A stretch of 64,000 bases of DNA, from the IMG/VR virus record IMGVR_UViG_3300038548_000082, positions 30,889-94,888 of that record. The stretch is one strand, 5' to 3'. Below the pieces are notes generated by a model. It worked only from the letters and a program-made list of their open reading frames with translations. It had not been told where the DNA came from and did not search any database. Below, one piece after another: positions 16,456 through 24,881 of the stretch. Made by a program: the position numbers and the translations under genes. Every line of letters starts with the position of its first letter. Position 1 is the first letter of the stretch. This DNA is from a virus (taxonomy: Duplodnaviria; Heunggongvirae; Uroviricota; Caudoviricetes).

Positions 16456-16854
16456 TTACTCCTTAAAAGCGTTATTAATAACTCTGGTAGTTCGATAAAG
16501 GTCGCTATCTATATAGGCGATACCACCAGTCCGTTTAACTAGGTCAACAACAGCTTTAAGACTTCTCAACTGGAATTCATCGAATCCTTCTGGAATCACA
16601 TGTAAGATGGTGACCTTACCTTTGGTATTAGCTGAATCTACTACTTCCGCTATACTGAAAACACCTGTCATCTTTTTGGTGATAACATAAAGGTGAATAT
16701 CACACTCCATTTCTTTTTCATACTCTTCTATCGCTTGACAATCTGGTGTCCAATCCTTAACAACTGGATTGAAGGATGATACCCCTAGGGACAGAATAAG
16801 ATAATCCCTCCATGACGTACCAGCACAAGTTCCACCTAAAAATACTTTACTCAT
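16456..16854 (-). CDS. hypothetical protein (possible nucleoside 2-deoxyribosyltransferase-like Rossmann fold)
   Basis: N-terminal VFLGGTCAGTSW glycine-rich start; weak resemblance only. Confidence 0.4.
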   Translation of the reverse strand: MSKVFLGGTCAGTSWRDYLILSLGVSSFNPVVKDWTPDCQAIEEYEKEMECDIHLYVITKKMTGVFSIAEVVDSANTKGKVTILHVIPEGFDEFQLRSLKAVVDLVKRTGGIAYIDSDLYRTTRVINNAFKE

Positions 16855-16855
16855 A

Positions 16856-17110
16856 TTAACCTCCTAATAATTCAACATACCCTTCCAAGCTTCCTAACAT
16901 AGCCTCATCCAGAAAGGTATACAAGCGTTTAAGACCTTCAGGATCTAATGTGACGCTAGTCAAAACCCTCTCACCATTTGTCATGATCTCGATATTAAGC
17001 TCATCAATATTAGGCATGTGTGTAAGAGTGATAGTATCCTCTGGAGATAGGTTACAGGGTAGCGTTAAGACACTAATGTCACTCATCTTGTTTCTCCTTA
17101 ATTTGCTCAA
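16856..17110 (-). CDS. hypothetical protein
   Basis: ORF track. Confidence 0.4.
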   Translation of the reverse strand: MSKLRRNKMSDISVLTLPCNLSPEDTITLTHMPNIDELNIEIMTNGERVLTSVTLDPEGLKRLYTFLDEAMLGSLEGYVELLGG

Positions 17111-17291
17111 TCATGTGATATTCTACCATGATTTTGTGATATCTGCAAGTAAATTCATGCTCCATATAATCAGGAGTCTTGGTACAGCAATCACAAGACC
17201 CTATGACATCTACCAGCATCTTTAACTTCCTATCAGTAAGGTCCGTCATCAACATCCCCACTGGACTTAGAAGCTTTGAAGGGTTCACCAT
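17079..17291 (-). CDS. hypothetical Cys-rich protein
   Basis: ORF track. Confidence 0.35.
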   Translation of the reverse strand: MVNPSKLLSPVGMLMTDLTDRKLKMLVDVIGSCDCCTKTPDYMEHEFTCRYHKIMVEYHMIEQIKEKQDE

Positions 17292-17481
17292 TACCCATCA
17301 TAAGGATTGTACCTACCATCACCTCCTCTACTGTACGACAGGATTGTGTGACCCTCTGTGGGGTTGCTCTCTTAAGGGCTTCCATACGTTCTTTGTATTC
17401 CCTATGAGCTTTATAACGTGTGTAGACTATACCTACCCCAGTTAGCACCAACAACGCTAAAAACACTGTTAAAGTAACCAT
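17233..17481 (-). CDS. small membrane protein (N-terminal TM)
   Basis: ORF track; hydrophobic N-terminus. Confidence 0.4.
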   Translation of the reverse strand: MVTLTVFLALLVLTGVGIVYTRYKAHREYKERMEALKRATPQRVTQSCRTVEEVMVGTILMMGNGEPFKASKSSGDVDDGPY

Positions 17482-17483
17482 AT

Positions 17484-17651
17484 CTACTTCTCCTTCTTAG
17501 CTGCTGCAACTAACTGATTAGCTAATTCCATTAGAGCGAAGTTAAGATTAAAAGGCTTGTCCTTCTTCTCTACTCCATCTTCAAGAGACAAAGTGATCTT
17601 CACACCCTCTGCCTCATCTTCAAAAATCTTTGTATATGTCTTCTCTGTCAT
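17484..17651 (-). CDS. 55-aa acidic protein
   Basis: Minus-strand ATG at 17651; stop abuts next start; below ORF-track cutoff. Confidence 0.3.
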   Translation of the reverse strand: MTEKTYTKIFEDEAEGVKITLSLEDGVEKKDKPFNLNFALMELANQLVAAAKKEK

Positions 17652-17758
17652 CTTTTAAACCCCTCTCCTAACGCCGAAACTGTGAATAACACGCAGACTA
17701 CAAATAACACTATAGCTGCGCAGGTAATAGCCCCTACTACTGCAAGGAATGTTAGCAT
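17648..17758 (-). CDS. 36-aa membrane peptide
   Basis: Minus-strand ATG at 17758; ATGA overlap with next gene. Confidence 0.3.
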   Translation of the reverse strand: MLTFLAVVGAITCAAIVLFVVCVLFTVSALGEGFKR

Positions 17759-17952
17759 GTTATCTCCCCACGACCTTTAACAGTCTCTGTACCTGTGTCA
17801 TCAGGACCACCTGTAGCCTGTTCCCAACATACTCCCATAATAAAGCCAATAGCTAACACCGCAATAAAGCTTAAACTTAAAATCAAACCCATATCAACTC
17901 TCCTTAAATATTGATGCATAGATATTATGCACTTGTTTTGTAATCCTACCAC
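17752..17952 (-). CDS. small membrane protein
   Basis: ORF track. Confidence 0.3.
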   Translation of the reverse strand: MVGLQNKCIISMHQYLRRVDMGLILSLSFIAVLAIGFIMGVCWEQATGGPDDTGTETVKGRGEITC

Positions 17953-18499
17953 CGTTTAAGTGGTCTAGACGCTGTAAAAGCACCATAGCTTCGTTATTGT
18001 CTCTCAAGTTGTAAGTGGGTATACCTAATTTCATAGCTAGGTTAACAGCAGTCCTAGTCCCACCAAGAACTTGACCATACTCATCTGTTGGTGCGTAGTA
18101 GACTACAAAATCACTCTTAACCTTCTCCTTACCAAGCACCTGAAAGACGTTACGAGCGTGGAAAGCTTGTGTCATATCATCCATCTTGTCGAATTTAGGT
18201 AGAACCTCAGACTTTATCAACTGTTTCCTCGCCCATTGGAAAGCTTTATCATTCAAAGTCAAGTAATTGACACCATCAATGTTAGTAGCCTTCCTAAAAC
18301 CACCCCAAGGTAGGTAAATTGATGTCTTATTAGGTGAAATGCTTGCAGCACCTCTCTCAAAGTTAATATCACTACCAGATGCATGACCTGAACGCAGCAC
18401 TAAGCCCGCATGAGCAAGGTGAGCAGCAATAGCCACTTGAGCGAAAGCTACTTCTACGGGTACTCCCTCTTCCCTACAACCAATACCTGTATAAAACAT
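17894..18499 (-). CDS. DprA/Smf-like Rossmann-fold (SLOG superfamily) protein
   Basis: LRSGHASGSDINFERGA resembles DprA SGxAxGID..AHxGAL nucleotide-binding motif. Confidence 0.45.
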   Translation of the reverse strand: MFYTGIGCREEGVPVEVAFAQVAIAAHLAHAGLVLRSGHASGSDINFERGAASISPNKTSIYLPWGGFRKATNIDGVNYLTLNDKAFQWARKQLIKSEVLPKFDKMDDMTQAFHARNVFQVLGKEKVKSDFVVYYAPTDEYGQVLGGTRTAVNLAMKLGIPTYNLRDNNEAMVLLQRLDHLNGGRITKQVHNIYASIFKES

Positions 18500-18553
18500 C
18501 AGTGTACCTCCGACGAGAAGTTCTGAGGTACTATTTTACCTTCAAAAACTGCT

Positions 18554-18841
18554 TTAACCAGACGTTGCCTCATCTCGTCCTCTTCTTTTTGGAGCTGCAT
18601 TAATTCTTGCAGCGAGAGTAGTATCACCTTCATCTTTTGACCTCCTATCCATAACTGTACCTTTTAATGAATGTTTACACATCCTACCGATCATAACGTT
18701 CCTGTTCGGGTTACCTGTGTTCAACAATACACTAAGAGAAGTCTCATTGTCAAATAATTTAGTGTTACTTAACCCGAAAACTTCATCAATTAGGGCTAGA
18801 AACTCTTCTTTGGAAGTGGTTTTAACGTGATTAATGGTCAT
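18554..18841 (-). CDS. hypothetical protein
   Basis: ORF track. Confidence 0.45.
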   Translation of the reverse strand: MTINHVKTTSKEEFLALIDEVFGLSNTKLFDNETSLSVLLNTGNPNRNVMIGRMCKHSLKGTVMDRRSKDEGDTTLAARINAAPKRRGRDEATSG

Positions 18842-18850
18842 ATACTCCTC

Positions 18851-19291
18851 CTAGTAACTCCAAAGCCTTGGGGCTGCTCTACGTTCATCTAAATGGATAA
18901 AACGGCTCCCTGAGTCTCCTGTGAGGTTTATACCTATACCTGTGTATCCAAGTGCAAAGGCTTGTTTAACAATCTTGTGGCAATCTTCTGTCGGCACTCG
19001 AAAGTCGATGGCGGCAATGCTATGATATCCGGGTTTGGATTTGTCCACTTCGATAGGATGGGTTGGGGAACGATAAGCACTATTGACATACATAGGCTTA
19101 TCGTACCAATCACGGATTTCCTGAATACCGTCCATAAGTTGTGTGAATTCTTCGACATTGGGGTTTTCCTCTCCAGTGTGTTGGCAGACTAACTCTTCTT
19201 TTGTGAAGTTAGGCCAGCGATCATAATCATACATAATCATGTTCCTCTTAGTTAGAATGTTGTTGGTTGAGCTATCCCTCGGATCACCCAC
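18851..19291 (-). CDS. peptidase M15 family (zinc D-Ala-D-Ala carboxypeptidase fold; putative endolysin or cell-wall hydrolase)
   Basis: SAYRSPTHP ... HSIAAIDF ... FIHLD motifs (H/D/H zinc ligands of M15). Confidence 0.6.
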   Translation of the reverse strand: MGDPRDSSTNNILTKRNMIMYDYDRWPNFTKEELVCQHTGEENPNVEEFTQLMDGIQEIRDWYDKPMYVNSAYRSPTHPIEVDKSKPGYHSIAAIDFRVPTEDCHKIVKQAFALGYTGIGINLTGDSGSRFIHLDERRAAPRLWSY

Positions 19292-19476
19292 ATAAAACCT
19301 TGTTGTAAGTTGGTCTTACCTAAGGCGACACACCGTTGGTCAATAGCATCAGAACCCTCTATCTTGGCTAAGAACTCTTTGCATTCTTCTGCTAGGGCCT
19401 TACCCTCGTTCATCAGGGCTATCTCTGCTACGTTAAGGTCTCTGTAACCTTTGATCATCTTGTGTTGGTTGTCCAT
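19252..19476 (-). CDS. hypothetical protein
   Basis: ORF track. Confidence 0.4.
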   Translation of the reverse strand: MDNQHKMIKGYRDLNVAEIALMNEGKALAEECKEFLAKIEGSDAIDQRCVALGKTNLQQGFMWVIRGIAQPTTF

Positions 19477-19477
19477 A

Positions 19478-19924
19478 TTACATCTCCTTGTTTAAATGGG
19501 GTCTTTCACCGTTAACCCAACCTGAGTAACTAACCTCGTAATCCTTTCTTTGGAAGGCGTAGTGTATCACTACATTGTTGGTATTGACAGTAGTTTCTGT
19601 GTGATCATGATCTACTTGTAGTAGCCAGCACCGCTCTGAGAATATCATGTCATCTACGAGGTTGCATAGTTCACAGTCATCTTCAGGGTGGGGCTTGCTT
19701 AATAGCAGATCCTCAACATTACAGATAGCTTGTTCGGCTTGAGACTTTGTAGGGTTGTGGATAACAAACCAACCTTTGTGAGTAGGGTCAGTGTTCAATA
19801 ACCTTCGTTGGATAGCACCCCTGCTAACCCCAAACCGCATAGCAATAGGTGTTATACTGGGGTATAGTCCTTCTGGGGTATTATATACTCTTGTAAATTT
19901 AGCGTTTCTTACTCTTTTAAACAA
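19478..19924 (-). CDS. HNH endonuclease with N-terminal HTH
   Basis: CELC...VDHDH His-Me finger motif; N-terminal helix-turn-helix-like IAMRFGVSRGAIQRRL. Confidence 0.5.
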   Translation of the reverse strand: MFKRVRNAKFTRVYNTPEGLYPSITPIAMRFGVSRGAIQRRLLNTDPTHKGWFVIHNPTKSQAEQAICNVEDLLLSKPHPEDDCELCNLVDDMIFSERCWLLQVDHDHTETTVNTNNVVIHYAFQRKDYEVSYSGWVNGERPHLNKEM

Positions 19925-20200
19925 AATAATGTCCTTTTTCCGGTGGGTATACAGTTTTATCTTTTTATGTGTTATAGTTTATTCCCTCTTTAAAGCTTCT
20001 TTTAGGTTCTCTTAACCTAACCTTTAGGGATTTAGAGTAAGGGAGGGATTACCCCCTCCTTTGTTTACTTAAACCCCTATATATTTAAAGTATATTAATA
20101 ATCTATAAAGACCTTTAAAGCATATTTATAGCTAATAGGGTATCACACAATTCTGTATTGTCAACCCCCTAATTATAAACTATTTTAAGGGGACAATAAT

Positions 20201-20332
20201 ATGCAGACTAACAGTGATAAAGATGCTGAAAGCCAAGCAGAACGAAGTGATGTGGAATTAAACGAATTGTTATCAGAGGTTCCTGAGTTAGAGGACTCGA
20301 TAGAACAGAATAAGGAACCAGATGATGAGTGA
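20201..20332 (+). CDS. 43-aa highly acidic protein
   Basis: ATG with upstream GGGGA; overlaps next start. Confidence 0.3.
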   Translation: MQTNSDKDAESQAERSDVELNELLSEVPELEDSIEQNKEPDDE

Positions 20333-20702
20333 TACCCCTGTAGAGGAAACAAGCCAAGAAGACCCTCAAAAGCGTAAAGGCTTCGGAAGTAATCCTGAGA
20401 ATATCAATAGGAAAGGTAGACCTAAAGGCAGTCGTAACAAGTCTAAGCTTATTCAAGCTCAGTTAGCATTTGACGACTATTCAACTCTTGCAGTAGAACG
20501 TCTAAAGCAGATCATGATGAATGATACAGCTGCGTTAGGAGTGAAAGAAGTCCCCGTATCGATGCAAGTACAAGCTGCTAAGGTAATCATTGATAAGGCT
20601 ATCGCTAACGAGAAAGAGAAAGACGCCAAGGCTAAAGCTAATACACCTACTAGGGAAACCCCGCAGGTTCCTAAAGTCTTTTCAACAGCTTCAGCAAACT
20701 AA
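20322..20702 (+). CDS. basic DNA-binding-like protein (GRPKGSRNK AT-hook-like motif)
   Basis: ORF track; could be regulator or small terminase-like, unresolved. Confidence 0.45.
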   Translation: MMSDTPVEETSQEDPQKRKGFGSNPENINRKGRPKGSRNKSKLIQAQLAFDDYSTLAVERLKQIMMNDTAALGVKEVPVSMQVQAAKVIIDKAIANEKEKDAKAKANTPTRETPQVPKVFSTASAN

Positions 20703-20715
20703 TTCAAAATAGGTG

Positions 20716-20744
20716 TTGACAGAAGCTGAAACAGGGCTTATACT
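20716..20744 (+). promoter_or_regulatory. strong sigma70 promoter (TTGACA-17-TATACT) driving tRNA-Arg
   Basis: Sequence. Confidence 0.6.
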
Positions 20745-20762
20745 TGTCGCATACAAATTAAA

Positions 20763-20836
20763 AGCCCCTTACTTAACAGGAGAAAGCTTAGTTTACGAAA
20801 CTAAGGATCAGGGTTCGAGTCCTTGAGGGGCTGCCA
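20763..20836 (+). tRNA. tRNA-Arg (anticodon ACG)
   Basis: Manual fold: acceptor AGCCCCT/AGGGGCT, AC stem TTAGT/ACTAA loop TTACGAA, T-loop TTCGAGT, CCA encoded. Confidence 0.7.
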
Positions 20837-21143
20837 ACATAGGAGAAGTTAAAATGAAAGTAACATGCAGTAAAGTTAAACGTCTCCGACAAGGTGGCGG
20901 CTCTAGTAACAGTCCTACAGTTACCAGTAAAGTAACAGCATTCCGATGGCAACCTAAAGACCTAAGCGATATTAAAGGTATTTAGGGTTACGGACACAAG
21001 GTGTCAGAAGGATTCCAAACCCTTCTTACGGGGAGCATTACCTCGGTAGCCTGCCAAAGAGAGAACAACGGATTAAGGGACAGGTACTTGCATCCTGCTT
21101 ATCGACGCTGTAACAAGCTTAGCAAGAAAAGTAAAATAAAGAG

Positions 21144-21171
21144 TTGACATATACAAGAGTCGTGTTATTAT
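21144..21171 (+). promoter_or_regulatory. promoter (TTGACA-16-TATTAT) with hairpin across -10
   Basis: Sequence. Confidence 0.5.
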
Positions 21172-21287
21172 AACCACTCTTGAAGAAAGAAATCCAAAGT
21201 AACTTAACAGAAACTAAGGAGGACGATATGCAAATCGGGGGCTAAAGACCCTCAGCCAAGAAAAGTAGAATTAACTGTTGACAGTGA

Positions 21288-21315
21288 GTAAAAACGTGTT
21301 ATACTGTGCAACATA
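21288..21315 (+). promoter_or_regulatory. promoter (TTGACA-16-TATACT) upstream of tRNA-Lys
   Basis: Sequence. Confidence 0.6.
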
Positions 21316-21376
21316 ACTTAAACTAACCCATAAGGAGGGTTTCAATGAAACAATCAGACAAACCCAATAAACTTAT

Positions 21377-21452
21377 GGGTGTGTAGCTCAATTGGTAGAG
21401 CAGGGAGCTTTTAACTCTCAGGTCGTCGGTTCAATCCCGACCACACCCACCA
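21377..21452 (+). tRNA. tRNA-Lys (anticodon TTT)
   Basis: Manual cloverleaf; GGGTGTG/CACACCC acceptor, loop CTTTTAA, CCA encoded. Confidence 0.85.
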
Positions 21453-21849
21453 AAGAGTGTATTTAAAGGAGACCTTTAACCACAACAGTTATAACATCGT
21501 GTTGATGTAGAAACAGTAAAGTTAGAGATCTCGTTTAAGTATATTCACTTGAAATAGATAATTCAGTGTAGCCTAAGAAGCAGCTTGAATGTACTTATAG
21601 ATCCTTTTAATTGACACATAGCAGCTAGTAATGAGTGACTAATTAGTCAATGTGTTCTATAAAATATTAACAATGAAACATTTGCTCTACGCACTAAACA
21701 GTAGAAACACATCTTATAAAGAAGATTAGTGGATGTAGAGCACTTAATTAAGGAGATTATCATGGAATCACGAGAGATTATAACCGATCCCAGATAACTC
21801 ACCGCAAACTATAAACGGTTGTGGTGGGTTTTATTTAGGATCACTACAA

Positions 21850-21926
21850 CCGAGTGTGGGGCAGTTTGGTAGCCTACTCTGTTTGGAACGGAGGTGTCGC
21901 AGGTTCGAATCCTGCCACTCGGACCA
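21850..21926 (+). tRNA. tRNA-Pro (anticodon TGG)
   Basis: Manual cloverleaf; loop TTTGGAA; T-loop TTCGAAT. Confidence 0.8.
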
Positions 21927-21939
21927 ATTTTTAAATTGT

Positions 21940-22015
21940 GTCCTTATAGTTTATATGGTTAGAACGGTGGGCTTTCACCCCGCAGAACCGAGTTCGATCC
22001 TCGGTAAGGACACCA
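21940..22015 (+). tRNA. tRNA-Glu (anticodon TTC)
   Basis: Manual cloverleaf; loop CTTTCAC. Confidence 0.8.
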
Positions 22016-22017
22016 AT

Positions 22018-22093
22018 GCTCTGGTAGCTCAGTTGGTAGAGCAAACGGTCGATAACCGTTAGGTCATTGGTTCAAGTCCAATACAGAGTACCA
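22018..22093 (+). tRNA. tRNA-Ile (anticodon GAT), C at position 33
   Basis: Manual cloverleaf; loop TCGATAA; 7-66 mismatch. Confidence 0.6.
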
Positions 22094-22100
22094 AATTAAT

Positions 22101-22170
22101 GCGGATAAGCTTAAGGTTAGTCGCTGGGTTTCCAACCCATGTAGTTAGGGTTCGACTCCCTGTATCCGCT
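22101..22170 (+). tRNA. tRNA-Gly (anticodon TCC), 3' CCA not encoded
   Basis: Acceptor GCGGATA/TATCCGC as in T4 tRNA-Gly; loop TTTCCAA; ends ...GCT then CAA. Confidence 0.7.
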
Positions 22171-22321
22171 CAAACATTGACAGCAAGATCTGAGGAAAGG
22201 TGGTTTCATGCAGTGAGATGCAGTCCTCTATAAATCTCGTAAAGCTCCTAATGTAGGAGTCGAACCACACGCTGTTAATTAGTCCATATGCTTTGGAAGA
22301 GTAATGGACGACCAAATTAAA

Positions 22322-22396
22322 GGTTTTGTAGCTCAGAGGCAGAGCAGTCGGTTGTCAGCCGTCAGGTCGGGATTTCAAAATTCCTCAAAACCGCCA
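22322..22396 (+). tRNA. tRNA-Asp (anticodon GTC)-like, noncanonical T-arm
   Basis: Acceptor GGTTTTG/CAAAACC; loop TTGTCAG; U-U mismatch in AC stem, weak 53-61 pair; possibly pseudogene. Confidence 0.45.
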
Positions 22397-22398
22397 AT

Positions 22399-22474
22399 GC
22401 TCGAATAGCTCAGTTGGCAGAGCGCCTCCCTTGTAAGGAGGATGTCGTGGGTTCAACTCCTACTTTGAGCGCCA
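22399..22474 (+). tRNA. tRNA-Thr (anticodon TGT)
   Basis: Manual cloverleaf; loop CTTGTAA. Confidence 0.8.
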
Positions 22475-22557
22475 AATTAAACGGGGGTGCTATAGACAAG
22501 GCTGGATAATTACCAGATGATATAGATTCCATCTCCGACCAAACAATTGCGGTATAG

Positions 22558-22633
22558 AGAAGTGGTTATCTCGTTGGGTTCATAACCCAAAGATCGGGGG
22601 TTCAAATCCCTCTACCGCTACCAAACATTAATT
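22558..22633 (+). tRNA. tRNA-Met (CAT), initiator-like
   Basis: GGG/CCC in anticodon stem, A11-U24, 1-72 mismatch (T-T); loop TTCATAA. Confidence 0.75.
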
Positions 22634-22655
22634 AATACAAGGCTGTATATATTAA

Positions 22656-22865
22656 ATGAGCGTGATACATTTAACGACTAAGATACAAGAAACAATTAAA
22701 ACGATCCTTACCCCTTTGGAAAAGACTGAAATGGAAGAGGTGATCGAGTCAGTAAATGATGAAAGTACTATTCGAGGCGAATGGGCTTTTGAAGCTGGTA
22801 AAAAGGCTAGAGATGTAGGAAGAACTAATTCACCACCTGAAGTCTACGATGTTTTAGTAGACTGA
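22656..22865 (+). CDS. hypothetical protein
   Basis: ORF track. Confidence 0.4.
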   Translation: MSVIHLTTKIQETIKTILTPLEKTEMEEVIESVNDESTIRGEWAFEAGKKARDVGRTNSPPEVYDVLVD

Positions 22866-22888
22866 AGTTACTTAACAAGTACAAACAA

Positions 22889-22965
22889 TTCCTCGTGGGG
22901 CGCAAGGTGTGCCGAGTGGCTGTTAACCACTGTCGTAGTAACGTTCGATTCGTTAACGGGGAGCC
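22889..22965 (+). tRNA. tRNA-Asn (anticodon GTT)
   Basis: Acceptor TCCTCGT/ACGGGGA, AC stem AGTGG/CCACT loop CTGTTAA, T-loop TTCGATT; 7-nt variable loop. Confidence 0.65.
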
Positions 22966-23048
22966 AATTTCGACTAGACATACTTAAATCGTGAGTTCAC
23001 GAGCCTTCGGGTGGGTTGGTCAAGTCTCTGTTAATATGGAGACAAAAC

Positions 23049-23423
23049 ATGAAAGTTTGCACTTTGTGCGAAGAGAATAAACCCTTAACCGAGTTTAGGA
23101 AAAGGGCTAATAGAACCGGGTATCATGTACACTGTAAACCCTGCCAAGTCCTTTACGTGAGTAATAGGAGAAGGGAAATAAAGAAGCAGTGTCTTGAGTA
23201 TAAAGGTGGGTGTTGTTCAAAGTGTGGTTACGATAAATCAGACTATGCTTTAGAGTTTCACCACAGAGACCCCGAAAAGAAAGACTTCAGTATAAATAGA
23301 GGAGCTTCTTTAGTTTTTGATAAACTAAAAGAGGAACTTGATAAATGTGACTTACTTTGTGCTAATTGCCACAGAGAGGAACACGAACGATTAACACATA
23401 CACTAGGAGATTCGTCATTATGA
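23049..23423 (+). CDS. HNH endonuclease
   Basis: CTLC...C..C zinc knuckle, EFHHRDP and CANCH motifs. Confidence 0.65.
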   Translation: MKVCTLCEENKPLTEFRKRANRTGYHVHCKPCQVLYVSNRRREIKKQCLEYKGGCCSKCGYDKSDYALEFHHRDPEKKDFSINRGASLVFDKLKEELDKCDLLCANCHREEHERLTHTLGDSSL

Positions 23424-23500
23424 ACTTTACTTATCAACATAGCCAATTTAGTTTCCAATATTACTTTAGTTAGATAAGTAGGTTCCCGAGTGGATGCTTA

Positions 23501-23584
23501 TTTAATATAGGGTCTGCTCGCATGATGGAGAATGCACCGCACTGTAAATGCGCTACGAGAGTTGTCTTGGTTCGATTCCAAGTA
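23501..23584 (+). tRNA. tRNA-Tyr (anticodon GTA), type II
   Basis: Loop CTGTAAA, long variable arm, T-loop TTCGATT. Confidence 0.6.
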
Positions 23585-23591
23585 GGCCCAC

Positions 23592-23677
23592 CAAAATTTA
23601 GGAAGATTGGCAGAGCGGTAATGCAGCTCCCTGCTAAGGAGTACAGTCGAAAGGCTGCGTAGGTTCGATTCCTACAT
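23592..23677 (+). tRNA. tRNA-Ser (anticodon GCT), type II
   Basis: Acceptor GGAAGAT/ATCTTCC, loop CTGCTAA, long variable arm. Confidence 0.8.
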
Positions 23678-23678
23678 C

Positions 23679-23754
23679 TTCCGCCAAGGGTCTGTAGCTC
23701 ATCTGGTAGAGCATCGGTGTGAAGTACCGAGTGTAATAGGTTCAAGTCCTATCA
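23679..23754 (+). tRNA. tRNA-Phe (anticodon GAA)
   Basis: Manual cloverleaf; loop GTGAAGT. Confidence 0.8.
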
Positions 23755-23877
23755 GGCCCACCAAATTATAGTGGTGGTCTAATGCAAACAGGTGAGCAGC
23801 TGGATTGTGATTCCAGTGATATGGAGTTCGAGACTCCAAGGCCACACATCTATTCTATCAACGTCGAGGAGACTGTT

Positions 23878-24264
23878 ATGGATACAAAAACGAAGGCTAA
23901 ACAAAAGAAAGCCCTTCAACTTGGTATGAACCCTGCCACAGCGAGTGGTAGGTTGGTTAAAGATACGCTATTCCGCTTAGCTGTATCTACAGGACACAAG
24001 TGCTTCCAGTGCGGTGAAGAACTAACCAGAGAAACGTTCTCCATAGAGCACATGGAACCGTGGTTAGATAGCGAAGACCCTAAAGGTAACTTCTTTGACC
24101 AAGGTAATATAGCTTTTAGCCACCTTAGTTGTAATCGTGCAGCAGCCCGCCCCAGACCACGTACAGCAACTCGTGCAGAGGCACAAGCTACCTTTCGAGG
24201 TAGATTGGGTAAAACCGAACAGGCTAGACGACGAAAGGAGCAGTACCAACGTACAGGCACCTAG
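23878..24264 (+). CDS. HNH endonuclease (terminase-associated type?)
   Basis: CFQCGEEL...SIEHMEPW...SHLSCN; internal ATG with GAGGAG RBS chosen over 23782. Confidence 0.55.
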   Translation: MDTKTKAKQKKALQLGMNPATASGRLVKDTLFRLAVSTGHKCFQCGEELTRETFSIEHMEPWLDSEDPKGNFFDQGNIAFSHLSCNRAAARPRPRTATRAEAQATFRGRLGKTEQARRRKEQYQRTGT

Positions 24265-24559
24265 ACACCAATTAATAAGGTTTTTATTATGAGTACAGAA
24301 GTGTAACTTACGTCAATAAGACGACAGTAAACATCAAAATTAAGGAGCTACAAAAGCTTCTTAAAACTGCACAGAACCCCATTATAAAAGATAGGCTTCT
24401 GGTAGACTTAAAGTCATATAGGGCAATAAAGCACCTATTAGATCAAAAAGATTAAAAGGAAATATACCAATGTTCAAAATTACTTACATACTATTATCGC
24501 TCTCGTTATCCCTTAAATAGGGAGGATGAGTAGCACCTTATCTTCCTTAACAATACATT

Positions 24560-24645
24560 GGAAGGTAGGGCTTAGTGGTAAGCAACTAGTCTTGAAAACT
24601 AGCCCTGTGTAAAAGCAGATGGTTCGACTCCATTACCTTCCTCCA
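24560..24645 (+). tRNA. tRNA-Ser (anticodon TGA), type II
   Basis: Acceptor GGAAGGT/ACCTTCC, loop CTTGAAA. Confidence 0.75.
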
Positions 24646-24652
24646 AACAATC

Positions 24653-24729
24653 GCTCCGGTGGTCAAATTGGAATAGGCAGCAGACTTAAAATCTGTGGAT
24701 TGCGAGTTCAACTCTCGCTCGGAGCACCA
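24653..24729 (+). tRNA. tRNA-Leu (anticodon TAA) with short variable loop
   Basis: Loop CTTAAAA, A73 discriminator, 5-nt variable loop (atypical for Leu). Confidence 0.65.
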
Positions 24730-24734
24730 AACAT

Positions 24735-24811
24735 GGGCTGGTATAAGAATTGGCATATTTGCCTCGCTTAGAACGAGGAGTTTTCGGGTTCGAGTCCCGA
24801 TCAGCCCACCA
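24735..24811 (+). tRNA. tRNA-Leu (anticodon TAG) with short variable loop
   Basis: Loop CTTAGAA, A73, 5-nt variable loop. Confidence 0.65.
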
Positions 24812-24830
24812 AATTCAAGACTAACCTCTA

Positions 24831-24881
24831 GGGCCTCTAGCTCAATTGGTTAGAGCACTCGACTCTTGGGAAGGCCCACCA
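24831..24881 (+). pseudogene. truncated tRNA-like element (acceptor + canonical D-arm + 3' acceptor-CCA; anticodon/T arms missing)
   Basis: GGGCCTC TAGCTCAATTGGTTAGAGC ... AAGGCCC A CCA, 51 nt. Confidence 0.35.

Noticed and set aside
21856-22062. 68-aa ORF across the tRNA-Pro/Glu/Ile region, plus minus-strand ORF 23470-23745 across tRNA-Tyr/Ser/Phe
   Set aside because: Both are composed entirely of tRNA genes, so they are artefactual.
22225-22300. Possible minus-strand tRNA suggested by 'TCGAACC' (reverse complement of GGTTCGA)
   Set aside because: No acceptor/T-stem pairing could be built on either strand.
23782-23877. Upstream extension of the HNH gene (ORF-track start 23782), and similarly the 11532, 50187, 45964, 53224, 56217, 59203 and 62432 extensions
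   Set aside because: Internal ATGs preceded by good Shine-Dalgarno sequences, or placed downstream of mapped promoters, give more plausible starts. The extensions would overlap promoters, terminators or upstream genes.
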